This document shows, one piece after another, positions 34,089-45,023 of a stretch of 64,000 bases of DNA; positions within the stretch are counted from its first letter, which is position 1; each line of letters starts with the position of its first letter. The notes beneath the pieces are model-generated. The model was not told the DNA's origin. It ran no database searches and saw only the letters and a program-made list of their open reading frames with translations. Both the position numbers and the translations under genes were made by a program. The DNA lies in the IMG/VR virus record IMGVR_UViG_3300005805_009925, positions 1,284-65,283 of that record; one strand, given 5' to 3'. Origin of the DNA: a virus. Lineage: Duplodnaviria > Caudoviricetes.

Positions 34089-37000
34089 TCAGCGCTCGTA
34101 CTGGTTTATTGGTTTCCAATAGAATCCGAAATATTCCATCTGGAACGAACCAGAACCTTCCACATTAAACGTATGGCGTTCACCACGGTTTTGGCTAGGA
34201 GAACTTGTCTGTCCAGCTGATTCCGTAGGCACTGCCATGATTTCGCCTGTCACGCTGTAGTTAGCTCTAGGCGAACTAGGTCGAGTATCTACGTAGCCAT
34301 ACTGCCATGCTGTATCTGTCGTAGCCGTCTCACCCATTGGACTTGTATGGACAACTCCACGTAGGATTACTGGGTCGTCAGATGCAGCTATGTAAGCAAA
34401 GACCTTACGAATACGCTTGAGTACAGTCTTGTCTTCTGCTGTCCAATCCTTTGAGCTCCAGAACACGCGGACAAATTTTGTTACTGGTGTAATCTGGTAT
34501 GTCAGTGAGATAGGATTATACGTGAACATCAAGTAGTCGTCATTCGGCTTATCTAGATTATTGTCAACCTTAGTCGGTGATTCAATAAACATAGATATAC
34601 GCATAAACTCCATTGACGCTTCAGCTGCCGATGGTACAAAAGGCAGAAGGTAGTTCTTTGTACGTGGTGTAAGTGCCTCAGCAGAACGGAGTTGGCCTAA
34701 TGTATTCGTATAGTACAGACGGCTGTAAACCCTTGGTGCTCTTTGGGTTGGAGCTACTGAATATAACTGCTGCATCCATGTTGCTGGATCAGTAAAGTAT
34801 ACTGCATCATCCATATAGCGATACTTGGTAGCTAATCCAGTATCTATATTGATAGCATAGGTAATTCCACGTAGCTGACGAAGACCCTTATTATCTGTAA
34901 TAGTTATTCCAGATGTGTTAGTTCCTTCAGAATTTCCTTCGTTACTTGATGTAGTCATGACTGGAATTGTCAGGTACAACTCACGGTATGTAGGATTCCA
35001 ACCACAAGATGCGTCACGGATAGCTGGATTCATGACTCCGTTTTGCGCTGAGCGTAAACGAAGTTGCAGTTCTTCTGAAAACTTACCATCTACCTTCGAC
35101 AGAACATTGTTATCATACTTGTAGAAACCTGCCCACGATAGGAAGTAAAGTGTATTGTTTACAGTGATAACTGTATTCGGAGCAATACAGCCTACGTTGT
35201 TTGATATTTCGTCAACACGCGAGATTGGAACTTGAGATCCTTGTACTGCCAACCTGTGGATGCTTCGCTCCTTTAAGACAATCAAGTTGCCATAAAGCAT
35301 GGCTAGTCCAGTAATCTGGTCTCCGTCGCCTGCACGAACTTCCATCAGTGATGGCAACTTAATCTTGTTTGGCTGATATGGCTCTGACCAGCGGAGTCCT
35401 GCTGGCATGTCATCTTCGTTCTGGAATAACTGCTTAATAGGCAGCCTGCCAATAGATGGAAGATCATTATCGTAGAATATACCTTCGTCCTCTGGTTTAA
35501 TTGTTCCTATCTTTTCAATCCATTGAGGACCAGATCCTTCATCATAGCGCCCCGTAATATCAAGGATAATTGGCTGGCAGTAAGAACTAGCAAGACCACG
35601 GTCTAGCGCTGGCGCTGGTGTGTCAAAATAGTTCCAGAAGAAATTCATTCTTGTACCGTCATATCCTACGTCACCACCATGGAATGCCTGAATGACTGAG
35701 TTGGGATAGTAGATTACTCCATTGTATTCTACAACGCCCTGAGCTACAAAGTATACATTGCCAACTGTTGCGGTGTTTGTTGACTTCCTACCAGTAAAAG
35801 CTACTGTAGGCAAAGGTGCTGGCGTATTCAACCTATAAATATTCAACTGCTCGATTGCAGGATCATAAGCCGAAGGCAAACCAAACATCACAACTTTATT
35901 ATTGAGCGCAGCTGTGCGATCTATCTGTCCTGAATAAGATGCCAATGAGTATGATCGAGCTTGGTCGTTATATGCAGTAAAGTAGTATAGGTATCTATGC
36001 GGAATATTAGTTGGCGCTGCACCATCGACGACAAGTCTATATGACCACAGTCTTTCAAGCTCAATGTTCGTACCTACATTAAGATTCTTGTGTGCAGTTA
36101 CGGTAGCATCAGATGGATTTGTAGTCTCAATCTTAACTGCATTTCTTGGTGAGTGTGGCTTGTACGCTTCCTTGATGTTCGCATAGAATACACGCTCATT
36201 CAAAGGAAGGCAGAACCTAGACTTGAGAGGATTTGTAAAACCATCATAGTCAGGTACACTATAAGAATAGTCAAGCTCGCTACTCTTTACGTCATCAAGA
36301 AACTCAACTTTTGAATCTACTGGATTACCAGTTGTTCCGTCACGAACTATATCGACTGCTTTAACGAGACCGTATTCATGCGGTTGCCATGCATTATCAT
36401 GACTTGCACGAGTTCGGAAGATAAGCAACTGGCGTGCACGACGTGGGATACGATTAGATGGAACAACAATCTTTACATGTGGAGCTTCAAAAAGAAGTGA
36501 AGCTGGGACATACATAGAAAGTTGCTCTGGTATTGTCAGACGTTCACCAACACCAGATAGAATTACACGGAGATTTTTGAATCTAATTTTAGTATCAGGA
36601 GTACCAAGGGAACTAGAATAAATCCAATTAGAATAGTTGTTAGTTTGAACTCCATTCGCCAAAGCTCCAAAAGAATATGTTTCTTGACTAGCACCTGCAA
36701 ATGGATAAGCATCTTGATATGCCCTAGCATTACCTCTAACTAATTTGTCAGTATAGTTTTGTGGTGTATAGTTATAGATTTGTTGTTGGAATGTCCAAGT
36801 TCCAACATCACCAAAATCACATAGTTGTATTTGACCTGTACCAGATAAAGCTATTCTTGATGTTACTTCCGCTGGTATAGATGGTTTAAGATAAAGCAAT
36901 CTATCAGACTCTTTCTTAACACCGCGCACTACAGTCATGTTGCGGAATTCCCATGGCTTGTATGGAGGGAATACACTAGCATCATCATCAGGCCAGTTAT

Positions 37001-39395
37001 TCCTTTCAACCGTCATAAGCATAGGAGTTGGCACCAAGATAAATCCACCTTGGAATGGAACTGGATTAAACCAAACACTCTGCCCCTTTTTAATGACATC
37101 ATTAATAACCCAGCCCCTGCCAGAATTAGCAGCTGGATCACTCGTATCTATTCCAAACCTGATTGCGCCTTGGAATATGACTTGATATGCAGGGTAAAAT
37201 CCAGCTGGGTTATTATTATCGTAATAAACTGAAGCAGAATTTCTAGCTACATTTTGGTACGACGTTCTAAGAACGCCATAGTTACTAAACACACTGTTAT
37301 ATGTATGCGATCCATTACCTTCGTTGGCGAACAAAGGCACTCGCATTGACACTGTATTTGTTTTGTACGACTGTGTGTTTTTATACTGCCAACGACCATT
37401 ACCTTTATCTTCTACTTCTACTTCTGTATCAGCTAACTCTACTTGAGTCCCAGAAAGAACTGCATAATCATTGACCCAGTATGTTGTACATACGACACTT
37501 AGCTGACCTTTAGCTAAGTTAGATTCAGTAGTCCAGTTAGTTGGCCAAGAAGCTCCCGAAGTGCTTGCATACCTAGCTGAGAATGTATGACTTGCATCAA
37601 ACAATATAGTTTTTAACTTTAGAAAATTCTGTCCGTATGGCGTTAGTGCTCCTGAAGAATCAAATATTGAAACTCCTTGCATCCTTGGCGATGTATTGAC
37701 AAAGTATGTATTTGATAAAGTTAAACTTGTCTGTTCTGCTTCATTGAATGAAGAAGTTCCAAATGGTCTCTTGTAAGATCCTAGAGATGTTGTTATGTCA
37801 GAATCTTTAATACCACTGAACAACATATCTGGCACAATCAATTCAGATGATGGAGCACTATATTCTCCATTACCCATATACCAGACGAATCTATACCGCC
37901 ACACACCAAGAGGAACTTCCTGTTCAACTCCTGTGTGAGTCTTCAACTTGATAAGTTTTGTTCCTGCACTTGATGTCTTATTCCATACACGGTCAAGCGA
38001 CGTCAATAAGTATCTACCAGATACCGTACCTGATACTGGGTAGTATGTAATCTTCTGATCTTTCCAAAGGTATACATCAGAAGAAACTTGGTCATCTTCT
38101 TTAATATCTGGATTCTTGAGTGTCAAAGAAGCGAACAAGTCGTTGTACTCGTCTGCTTCAGAGTTATTTGTAAAGATGAAATTTGTTTGGTCATTAATGG
38201 TTATGCCAGAAATAAAGGCTTGACCAAATCCAGTTACTGTAATAAACTCACTGGTGATAAAAGCTGATGTCTCCCTTGGTGTTACCCAAGCACGAACTTC
38301 ATTCTGATACTTCTTTACTTGTGGACTCTCATCATAGTTTGCATAATATGGGGTGTAATTATCTTGGCTTGCCTCAAGTCTATTCCGTTGTAAATAGAAC
38401 TTATACAAAGCCATTGGCGCTTCAACACCCTTCTCATTGAAGTTTAATCCACCAATGCCAAAGTCAATAACTACATCGTCTACATCAAACTTAGCCAAGG
38501 TATTTTCACGCAACGAGAACCTATGCTTCTTTGTTTCAGTATACTCTGATTCAGAATATTCATCAACAAGATACATGTCCCCATTGGTCATATCGGATAT
38601 GACTATAGAATCCCTGTACTGCTGCATGGTAACATAGTGTTCAATCCAGTTTAGATCTTTAGGTATGTTACCGTCAGAGAATGTATTGTGTACCCCAAGC
38701 CATCGAGAAGGTGCGTAGATTTGCAACTTGCTTGGCTTGTCATCAGCCCGATTGATTGTACGAGCACCAATTGTTGAATACAGCGTTGGAAGAGTATTGT
38801 CTCTTACCTCATAGTTTACAGCATTAAGAACATTACCATTAGGAGCAAATGCAAATTGATCCTTGAAGTTATCAGGACCAGTCAGTGGGACCAAGATATA
38901 AGCTGCCTTGTAGCGCCATGTATACCTATTGATTGTAGTATCCTCAAAACCAGATACTAATTTTGCTCCCTCATTATTGGCGTCAGTAGTAGGATTGGAC
39001 GCAGCTACCTTTTTAGCAGGAATACGCAACGCATATACCATAAATCTATCGGTATGCTTAGGACCGACAATGCTTTGTGTAAATGCATTAAGCGTACTAT
39101 CATCGTATGGTGGCCACGAGATTGTTCCAGAACCAAATCCCCATGGCTTTTCAATAACATACTCAGTCAAACCCATAGCACCAATTGACCAGAAGGTTCC
39201 CTTAATGTCAGCTATGTTTAGATAGCGTTCCATTAAGATAGACTTTCCAGCAACACCATTGCGGTTAACTAGGTAGCCCAGCTTTTCAAAGCGAAGATTC
39301 TCAATGTCTGATGCTTCTTCATTCTTAATTAGTTCAGGACGTAAGTTATTGTCTAGTCCTAAAAAAGAATTGACGTTGGTCTTTTGGTATTCCAT
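34089..39395 (-). CDS. tail nozzle/stabilisation protein (P22 gp10/T7 gp12-like)
   Basis: GDGDQITGL...LIVLKERSIHRL...NVGCIAPNTV...LYFLS segment; follows the ring genes. Confidence 0.8.
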   Translation of the reverse strand: MEYQKTNVNSFLGLDNNLRPELIKNEEASDIENLRFEKLGYLVNRNGVAGKSILMERYLNIADIKGTFWSIGAMGLTEYVIEKPWGFGSGTISWPPYDDSTLNAFTQSIVGPKHTDRFMVYALRIPAKKVAASNPTTDANNEGAKLVSGFEDTTINRYTWRYKAAYILVPLTGPDNFKDQFAFAPNGNVLNAVNYEVRDNTLPTLYSTIGARTINRADDKPSKLQIYAPSRWLGVHNTFSDGNIPKDLNWIEHYVTMQQYRDSIVISDMTNGDMYLVDEYSESEYTETKKHRFSLRENTLAKFDVDDVVIDFGIGGLNFNEKGVEAPMALYKFYLQRNRLEASQDNYTPYYANYDESPQVKKYQNEVRAWVTPRETSAFITSEFITVTGFGQAFISGITINDQTNFIFTNNSEADEYNDLFASLTLKNPDIKEDDQVSSDVYLWKDQKITYYPVSGTVSGRYLLTSLDRVWNKTSSAGTKLIKLKTHTGVEQEVPLGVWRYRFVWYMGNGEYSAPSSELIVPDMLFSGIKDSDITTSLGSYKRPFGTSSFNEAEQTSLTLSNTYFVNTSPRMQGVSIFDSSGALTPYGQNFLKLKTILFDASHTFSARYASTSGASWPTNWTTESNLAKGQLSVVCTTYWVNDYAVLSGTQVELADTEVEVEDKGNGRWQYKNTQSYKTNTVSMRVPLFANEGNGSHTYNSVFSNYGVLRTSYQNVARNSASVYYDNNNPAGFYPAYQVIFQGAIRFGIDTSDPAANSGRGWVINDVIKKGQSVWFNPVPFQGGFILVPTPMLMTVERNNWPDDDASVFPPYKPWEFRNMTVVRGVKKESDRLLYLKPSIPAEVTSRIALSGTGQIQLCDFGDVGTWTFQQQIYNYTPQNYTDKLVRGNARAYQDAYPFAGASQETYSFGALANGVQTNNYSNWIYSSSLGTPDTKIRFKNLRVILSGVGERLTIPEQLSMYVPASLLFEAPHVKIVVPSNRIPRRARQLLIFRTRASHDNAWQPHEYGLVKAVDIVRDGTTGNPVDSKVEFLDDVKSSELDYSYSVPDYDGFTNPLKSRFCLPLNERVFYANIKEAYKPHSPRNAVKIETTNPSDATVTAHKNLNVGTNIELERLWSYRLVVDGAAPTNIPHRYLYYFTAYNDQARSYSLASYSGQIDRTAALNNKVVMFGLPSAYDPAIEQLNIYRLNTPAPLPTVAFTGRKSTNTATVGNVYFVAQGVVEYNGVIYYPNSVIQAFHGGDVGYDGTRMNFFWNYFDTPAPALDRGLASSYCQPIILDITGRYDEGSGPQWIEKIGTIKPEDEGIFYDNDLPSIGRLPIKQLFQNEDDMPAGLRWSEPYQPNKIKLPSLMEVRAGDGDQITGLAMLYGNLIVLKERSIHRLAVQGSQVPISRVDEISNNVGCIAPNTVITVNNTLYFLSWAGFYKYDNNVLSKVDGKFSEELQLRLRSAQNGVMNPAIRDASCGWNPTYRELYLTIPVMTTSSNEGNSEGTNTSGITITDNKGLRQLRGITYAINIDTGLATKYRYMDDAVYFTDPATWMQQLYSVAPTQRAPRVYSRLYYTNTLGQLRSAEALTPRTKNYLLPFVPSAAEASMEFMRISMFIESPTKVDNNLDKPNDDYLMFTYNPISLTYQITPVTKFVRVFWSSKDWTAEDKTVLKRIRKVFAYIAASDDPVILRGVVHTSPMGETATTDTAWQYGYVDTRPSSPRANYSVTGEIMAVPTESAGQTSSPSQNRGERHTFNVEGSGSFQMEYFGFYWKPINQYER

Positions 39396-40441
39396 TAGTT
39401 GCTATATGGGCTAATGTTGTACGGAGATGAAAGTTCGTGTGATAGGACTGGCTTGAGCATAATTGCCTGCTCAACATACTGGCGGAACTCTTGGTCATAC
39501 TGTTGCCACAGTGGTTGTTGTCCAGAAAGAACATTCTGTGAGCGTAAGTACTGTCCTGCTGCATAAGATACAAACGCAGGAGCCCACTTGGTTAGCTGTA
39601 GTGGTGGAGTCAATGTAGCAAAGTTAGTTTCAAATGCTGCTTCGCTTGCCCACCACGCTGTCCACTGTGGAGATACAGATGAATAGATGTCATATTGTGG
39701 TTTATACTTGATTGTAAACCAAGCATCATTAGTTAGCGTTACTGGCTGCCATACAACCCCAGGTGTGTTGGGCGTGGTAATAGCTGTATTGACAAGTATT
39801 ACCGTTCCTACTGGAACAGCTGCTAGGTTTGTAGGGTTAGGCACTGGAGCTACAATAGTATAGTTTCCAGTGTATGGTGCTGCATTCAGTGCAGGGGTTC
39901 CTGCTGATACACGATAGTAAGAACCTGCCGCCAATATATTAGTACCGTTGGCAGGAACCGTAGTAGCAAGAGAAGCTCCTGTAGATGGATAGCGAAACAT
40001 CTGGTCTGCGAATATAGTGCAAATACGAGCCATGCCTCGATCTGCATTCAACTGCCATCGCTCATCCATGATAGTGGGTCTAGTACGCACACGGGAAAAG
40101 TGTGCTGGATTCTCGTTAAACCCAACAGGTCCTGCTGCTCTACGCTCAATAATGTCGTTGTACTGCTGGTACGATACTGGCAGCATGACGTATCCATTGC
40201 TATCCAGAACTTCAATAATCTCCAATATGTCATTGCTGACTGGATATGGGATTGTTGTCTGTGTTAAGTCTCCTGCTGTAACAACCACCTTTGTATCTTC
40301 AGCTATAGCAGTTAGTCTTTGGAACTCAGATACCGCACGAGTAAGATACCTCATGCCTTGCTGTGGAGTCATCTTTAGCTCTTCTTGATAAAGAGCAAGC
40401 TCCTGCAACAAATCGTCGTATAGTTCTTTCCACGTAGTCAT
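39395..40441 (-). CDS. tail ring/adaptor paralog 5
   Basis: helical N-terminus, LNRA..EF-like motif, central beta insertion; position. Confidence 0.55.
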   Translation of the reverse strand: MTTWKELYDDLLQELALYQEELKMTPQQGMRYLTRAVSEFQRLTAIAEDTKVVVTAGDLTQTTIPYPVSNDILEIIEVLDSNGYVMLPVSYQQYNDIIERRAAGPVGFNENPAHFSRVRTRPTIMDERWQLNADRGMARICTIFADQMFRYPSTGASLATTVPANGTNILAAGSYYRVSAGTPALNAAPYTGNYTIVAPVPNPTNLAAVPVGTVILVNTAITTPNTPGVVWQPVTLTNDAWFTIKYKPQYDIYSSVSPQWTAWWASEAAFETNFATLTPPLQLTKWAPAFVSYAAGQYLRSQNVLSGQQPLWQQYDQEFRQYVEQAIMLKPVLSHELSSPYNISPYSN

Positions 40442-41253
40442 TAGGCCCTCACAGCACTTGCGTCAATTATAGGTACATTAGGTATAACGGATTCACGAGC
40501 TTCGACAAGAAGCCTACTACGATCAATCTCTGCCTCATACTGACGTTGCAGAGAAGCAATCATCATTTCAATATCTTGCCGTATTAATACATTCGATGCA
40601 GGCAATCCTAAAGTTTCCATTGTTTTTAGACAAGAAATAAGAACAACAAGTTCTTCCAAGTCATAACCAATACGAACTTCAGGGTCAGATGTTCCAGTAG
40701 TGTTTTCAATCTGAAGCCATGGCAACTTTGCCAAATACCATATTTCGACTTTTTCTGCGGCTAGAACATCAGTGCCGATACTTACAAGCAACCTTGTTTG
40801 TAAGTTGCCAACGAGCTTCTCAATGCAGTATACTGGGTTGCGTGGAGATGGCTTGGAGAATGATTTTGTTAGCACGGTATACAAGTCACGCTTAGATACA
40901 GCACGAGCTGGCCACCAGTTGTCTTCTGTAAGAACTGAAACTGTTACATCAGTTATGAAGTCTTCTGGTAGATTTAGAACGAAAACTTGATTAACAAGCG
41001 TTCTTGCTGCGTTTGTATTAGTATCGTATTCAAACATTCTGGCAGAGTCTACCCATGATACAGTTGGGGCTGCTGTTGGAATATGAATACGAGCATAGCG
41101 TTCAGGTACAGCTTGTAACGTAGCCATCTGCACGTCAAAGCGTGCTTGGTTGATAATGTTCTCAAGCATACCTACGTCAACAGACTTAGCTACATCGTAG
41201 CGGTTAAGTCTATGCATGACTTCGGTAGCGTAGGTTTGCATTGTATATGGCAT
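40441..41253 (-). CDS. tail ring/adaptor paralog 4
   Basis: INQARFDV...ELVVLISCLK architecture; position. Confidence 0.55.
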   Translation of the reverse strand: MPYTMQTYATEVMHRLNRYDVAKSVDVGMLENIINQARFDVQMATLQAVPERYARIHIPTAAPTVSWVDSARMFEYDTNTNAARTLVNQVFVLNLPEDFITDVTVSVLTEDNWWPARAVSKRDLYTVLTKSFSKPSPRNPVYCIEKLVGNLQTRLLVSIGTDVLAAEKVEIWYLAKLPWLQIENTTGTSDPEVRIGYDLEELVVLISCLKTMETLGLPASNVLIRQDIEMMIASLQRQYEAEIDRSRLLVEARESVIPNVPIIDASAVRA

Positions 41254-42014
41254 TAGAGTAGACCTCCTGGTGTCTGAGGCTTAGTTCTTACGATAGCTGG
41301 CTCAGGATTAGGAATAGCCTGAGCGCTGACAGCTACTGCCTGAGATGCCGCAACCTGTGTAGCCTGATACTGATAGACCTTCTGAGCCACTTCCTGCGCA
41401 GCCGTAACCATTCTTTGTGGATCTGCAACATCATCTAGGAATCTACTTATTGCCATATCAATAAGCAAGCCTTCCAACTCGACTGGAACCTTAACTGTAC
41501 TGGTGTAAGTATTTAAGTCAGCATCACCGAAAGATGCAACGTAATCTAGTTGACCGACAAGATTGTTAGGGTAAATCCATATTGCAAGATTGTTAGCAGC
41601 CCAATTCAATCCATCGACAGAGTTAGCCCATACCATATAAACGCCAGTCTTCACCCAGCCTTTAGTAAAACTGATTGGCCTAGCTGTATTAGTCAAGGAA
41701 CGCCATTCACGAGGATCTGCCATACGAGCTTCATAGCGAACACCCAATGTAGGGTCTGCACCAGGGAGTGCGGTTGTTAGGCGCACAGGACGTATGAAGT
41801 TTTGAGGTAGACTCTGCAAGTGAGTTACACTAATGGTTGCCTGATATGACCATTCTTTGTAAGCGTTCGTCCTATTAAAAAGGTCGCGACGTGCATCACG
41901 TACATACTGAGCTAGGGTCTGCCAGTCAGAATTATATGGCGTCATGTAATCAGCTATACGCATTTCCATAGCTGTCACTGCATCACTAAGCGTCATTGAG
42001 GATATAGCTATCAT
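41253..42014 (-). CDS. tail ring/adaptor paralog 3
   Basis: VRDARRDL...VPVELEGLLIDMA architecture. Confidence 0.55.
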   Translation of the reverse strand: MIAISSMTLSDAVTAMEMRIADYMTPYNSDWQTLAQYVRDARRDLFNRTNAYKEWSYQATISVTHLQSLPQNFIRPVRLTTALPGADPTLGVRYEARMADPREWRSLTNTARPISFTKGWVKTGVYMVWANSVDGLNWAANNLAIWIYPNNLVGQLDYVASFGDADLNTYTSTVKVPVELEGLLIDMAISRFLDDVADPQRMVTAAQEVAQKVYQYQATQVAASQAVAVSAQAIPNPEPAIVRTKPQTPGGLL

Positions 42015-42691
42015 TGCTTCTGATCCCTCATTGATTTGTAAAGCGCTGCTTCGACATCAATAATACCACCAATAACTTGACGGTCATCGCCAGGATGCTC
42101 CTTGCGATAAAGGATTTCAGCCGCCTTATCACAGATAACTGGATGCATATAATCAGCAAGAGGCAATTGGTTTGCTGATTGAAACGGTATGGTTGGTACT
42201 GTGATATAGCTTACGGTGATGTTTTTGTTTGGTGTAACTGAAAGTGTATTACTGGTAGCATAGATATTACTACCAATGATTGTATACTCAGCCCGTCCTA
42301 AGAATCTGTTTCTACCATTGAACTGATTTCCTGATGCAGTCTCAAATGGTGTTCTATGACGACGACGTGAGAATACGGCAGGCGATACATATTTATGTGG
42401 CCATTGCTTGTTAGACTGAATCTGATAGTTAGAACGGACAGATTCAATAAACAGAAATGGAGCTGGCATCACACCCATCTGATTTGCATCTAATGTCAAA
42501 ACTGTCTCAGCCCATTGTGGCCTAAGAGCTTCCTTCTCACCACGATACCAGCACTCACGCGCTACAATTGTAGCTGCTTCACGTAAGGCATCTCGGAAGA
42601 TTGTATCCAAGTCTGTGCTAGAACCAAAGTATTCGTACTTAGGTTCATCCAGAATATTCCTTACGAAATCTATTCCATTTGTTACTGTCAT
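42011..42691 (-). CDS. tail ring/adaptor paralog 2
   Basis: VRNILDE...LADYMHPVICDKAA architecture. Confidence 0.55.
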   Translation of the reverse strand: MTVTNGIDFVRNILDEPKYEYFGSSTDLDTIFRDALREAATIVARECWYRGEKEALRPQWAETVLTLDANQMGVMPAPFLFIESVRSNYQIQSNKQWPHKYVSPAVFSRRRHRTPFETASGNQFNGRNRFLGRAEYTIIGSNIYATSNTLSVTPNKNITVSYITVPTIPFQSANQLPLADYMHPVICDKAAEILYRKEHPGDDRQVIGGIIDVEAALYKSMRDQKQ

Positions 42692-43311
42692 GCGTCAGTA
42701 TTCTGATTGAGATTCATAGGATACATTTCAACTGGCTCGCTTAACAGCGGAGTCAATACTGCCTGCATATTCTTCAGAGCACGCTGACATTGACCCCAGT
42801 CTTTTTGCTGCAGTATCGCTAATGCATGATACACTATAGCATCATAGCAAGGATCAATCATTTCAGTGTGATTAGAAACTCCAGTAATCTTAGTAGGAAG
42901 TCTGTAGTAATACAGAGTTCCATAAACTGGAGTCAGACCCATCTTAAATTCTACGGTCGTATTTTTAATATATGACACATAGCGTACTGGGTCGGTGTCA
43001 AACAGACTTCCAGACCAGCCAATGTATAACACGGCAGGGTAATTTACTCCGTCGTTATCAATTGTAGCCGATGCATAAAACATATAGTTGGCAGGCAACG
43101 TAACGGGAGACAAGCCATAAACATTGGTAAACAGTTGCGATATTAAATGCCACTGTTTCTTCAAATAACAATAACGCACAAATGCAAACTGAGCAGCGTC
43201 TAGTGCCGCGTCAAGCTGTGCATCCGTCCACATAGTTCCTTGCTTCCAGAGCGATGTTTCATCGTCAAGAACTGCTCTGAGCTTGCTTCTCATTTGGGCT
43301 GCTGTTGGCAT
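42688..43311 (-). CDS. tail ring/adaptor paralog 1
   Basis: LRAVLDDE...LDAAQ...CYDAIVYHA architecture. Confidence 0.55.
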   Translation of the reverse strand: MPTAAQMRSKLRAVLDDETSLWKQGTMWTDAQLDAALDAAQFAFVRYCYLKKQWHLISQLFTNVYGLSPVTLPANYMFYASATIDNDGVNYPAVLYIGWSGSLFDTDPVRYVSYIKNTTVEFKMGLTPVYGTLYYYRLPTKITGVSNHTEMIDPCYDAIVYHALAILQQKDWGQCQRALKNMQAVLTPLLSEPVEMYPMNLNQNTDA

Positions 43312-43344
43312 AGACTTAAATTACTCAAACAGAAAGGCAACCCC

Positions 43345-43400
43345 TAAAAAGAAAAAGCCGTCGTAAGATAGCGTGCTTGCGCAGAGGCCCGACGGCTGTA
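43345..43400 (-). terminator. terminator-like hairpin (coordinates approximate)
   Basis: agccgtcg/cgacggct stem with a large loop and U-rich tail on the minus strand. Confidence 0.45.
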
Positions 43401-43416
43401 ATCTTATGTATGTCTA

Positions 43417-43863
43417 TTACATCATTGGAGGCATACCACCCATTGGTGGTTCCATAGGAGGCATACCGCCACCCATAGGAGCGCTAGTCATAGGTGCAGG
43501 AGGCATACCACCCATACCCATATCCGTAGGTGCTCCACCCATAGGAGGCATTCCAATCTCTCCGCCTGGTCCTACAGGAACACCACCCATACCAAGACCT
43601 GCTGAGACACCAGCTGTAGCTCCTGCGGCTGCTCCCATCATAGATGCTGCTTGAGCTTGGGCGCTAAGAAGTTGCTGAATCACAGCTGCCTTCTGTTGCT
43701 CGAATAGAATCTTTTCTTCATTCAGCTTTGTCCGTTCATTCTCAAGTTTTGCAGACTGGTATCCAAGACGAAATGCCTTACCATCTACCGTGTCCTTGGT
43801 TGCTTGGGAACTCTTCACGGGAATCCCACCCATGAACTCTTCAAAGCTAAATATGGTATTCAT
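43417..43863 (-). CDS. hypothetical virion-module protein with Gly/Pro/Met-rich C-terminus
   Basis: coiled-coil middle, (GMPPM)-like tail. Confidence 0.65.
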   Translation of the reverse strand: MNTIFSFEEFMGGIPVKSSQATKDTVDGKAFRLGYQSAKLENERTKLNEEKILFEQQKAAVIQQLLSAQAQAASMMGAAAGATAGVSAGLGMGGVPVGPGGEIGMPPMGGAPTDMGMGGMPPAPMTSAPMGGGMPPMEPPMGGMPPMM

Positions 43864-44327
43864 CGTGCAATCCTAAATGGGTCTTCGTATTGTTCTTTAT
43901 CTCTCGTCAGTTGTTCTGACTCGATACGATCTTGCTTTTGAAGTTCTTCAGGAAGATTTCCAGCATAAAACAAAGCGGCTCGTGCATTCGATGGGATGTC
44001 AGAGAAATCCTTTGAATACGTACCACCAAAGTTCATGTGCTTCTTGAGGGCAGCGACTACATTTTCATCCGCAGCCCTAAACTTCCCGTCACGAAAAGTA
44101 ATTGTCGTTTGAGAATAATATCCTGGCTGACTTGGTTCTTCAACCATAACTCCGCGTAGACACAATCCTCGGTGACGACTAATAAAAAGTTCAGCTTCAT
44201 TATCTAGTGAAGCCTGTGGTAAGTCTACTTGGTCATATACATTTTGGACTGGAAGAAGTTCTTTCTCTTCCTCACCTTTTTGTAGATATGACTTAGCAGC
44301 CTTTGATTTCTTTTGATTCAGATCCAT
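43860..44327 (-). CDS. hypothetical virion-module protein
   Basis: 155 aa, coupled to the next gene. Confidence 0.65.
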   Translation of the reverse strand: MDLNQKKSKAAKSYLQKGEEEKELLPVQNVYDQVDLPQASLDNEAELFISRHRGLCLRGVMVEEPSQPGYYSQTTITFRDGKFRAADENVVAALKKHMNFGGTYSKDFSDIPSNARAALFYAGNLPEELQKQDRIESEQLTRDKEQYEDPFRIAR

Positions 44328-44352
44328 AGTTGTTCTTCAAAGTAAAAAGATT

Positions 44353-44390
44353 AAACAAAGAAAGGGGGCTGGCAAATACCAACCCCCTAT
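44353..44390 (-). terminator. intrinsic terminator after capsid genes
   Basis: agggggttgg/ccagccccct stem with U-rich tail on the minus strand. Confidence 0.75.
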
Positions 44391-44395
44391 TTAGA

Positions 44396-44995
44396 TTAGC
44401 GAACGTACTTAGGGTCCTTTGTGCGAGCACTGTATGTCTTGGCATTCCATGAGCTTTCATCCTTGAATGTTGTGAGTTCATTCATGATAAAGGCTTCTGA
44501 GCGCAAGTTGTGCTCTTGGTCATCAAGATAGCGTGGCGTCAGAGACAGAGCCCATGTAGCATCACCAGCAGGTACTGTTATTGCTGCTGTAGCCTTAATC
44601 ACAAAGCCAAGTGGGAAATCAGCAAGATCGAGCGAAGGCACTTGTGATGGAAGTACAAGCGTGTACTTTCCAGCATAGTTAGCGCCCGTCAAATCTGCTG
44701 TTCCACTAAGCAGTGTGTAATAGCTACCAGATGCAAGTGTTCCAGCTGCTACAATAGGAGGTGCTTGGAAGAAGATTTCATCCAAACCTACCTTAGCAAG
44801 ATCTGTAGCTCCAGCAGGGTAGAGCGTCTGCATCTTTGAATCTAGGTCTGTTCCTGCAAGATCTGGAACGATTTCGTTTCCAGCGCCAGTTCCAGTGGCC
44901 GTGCCTACTTGAAGCACGCCATTCTTAAACTGATACTTGATCTTCCCACTGGCTGCGAGGAGGGTCAAGCTGTCATCAATAGCGATATAACGCAT
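44396..44995 (-). CDS. probable auxiliary/minor capsid protein
   Basis: directly after the MCP with strong RBS; Ala/Gly/Thr-rich. Confidence 0.5.
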   Translation of the reverse strand: MRYIAIDDSLTLLAASGKIKYQFKNGVLQVGTATGTGAGNEIVPDLAGTDLDSKMQTLYPAGATDLAKVGLDEIFFQAPPIVAAGTLASGSYYTLLSGTADLTGANYAGKYTLVLPSQVPSLDLADFPLGFVIKATAAITVPAGDATWALSLTPRYLDDQEHNLRSEAFIMNELTTFKDESSWNAKTYSARTKDPKYVR

Positions 44996-45023
44996 TGTGG
45001 TCTTCCTTTATTTCGTTAATTAA

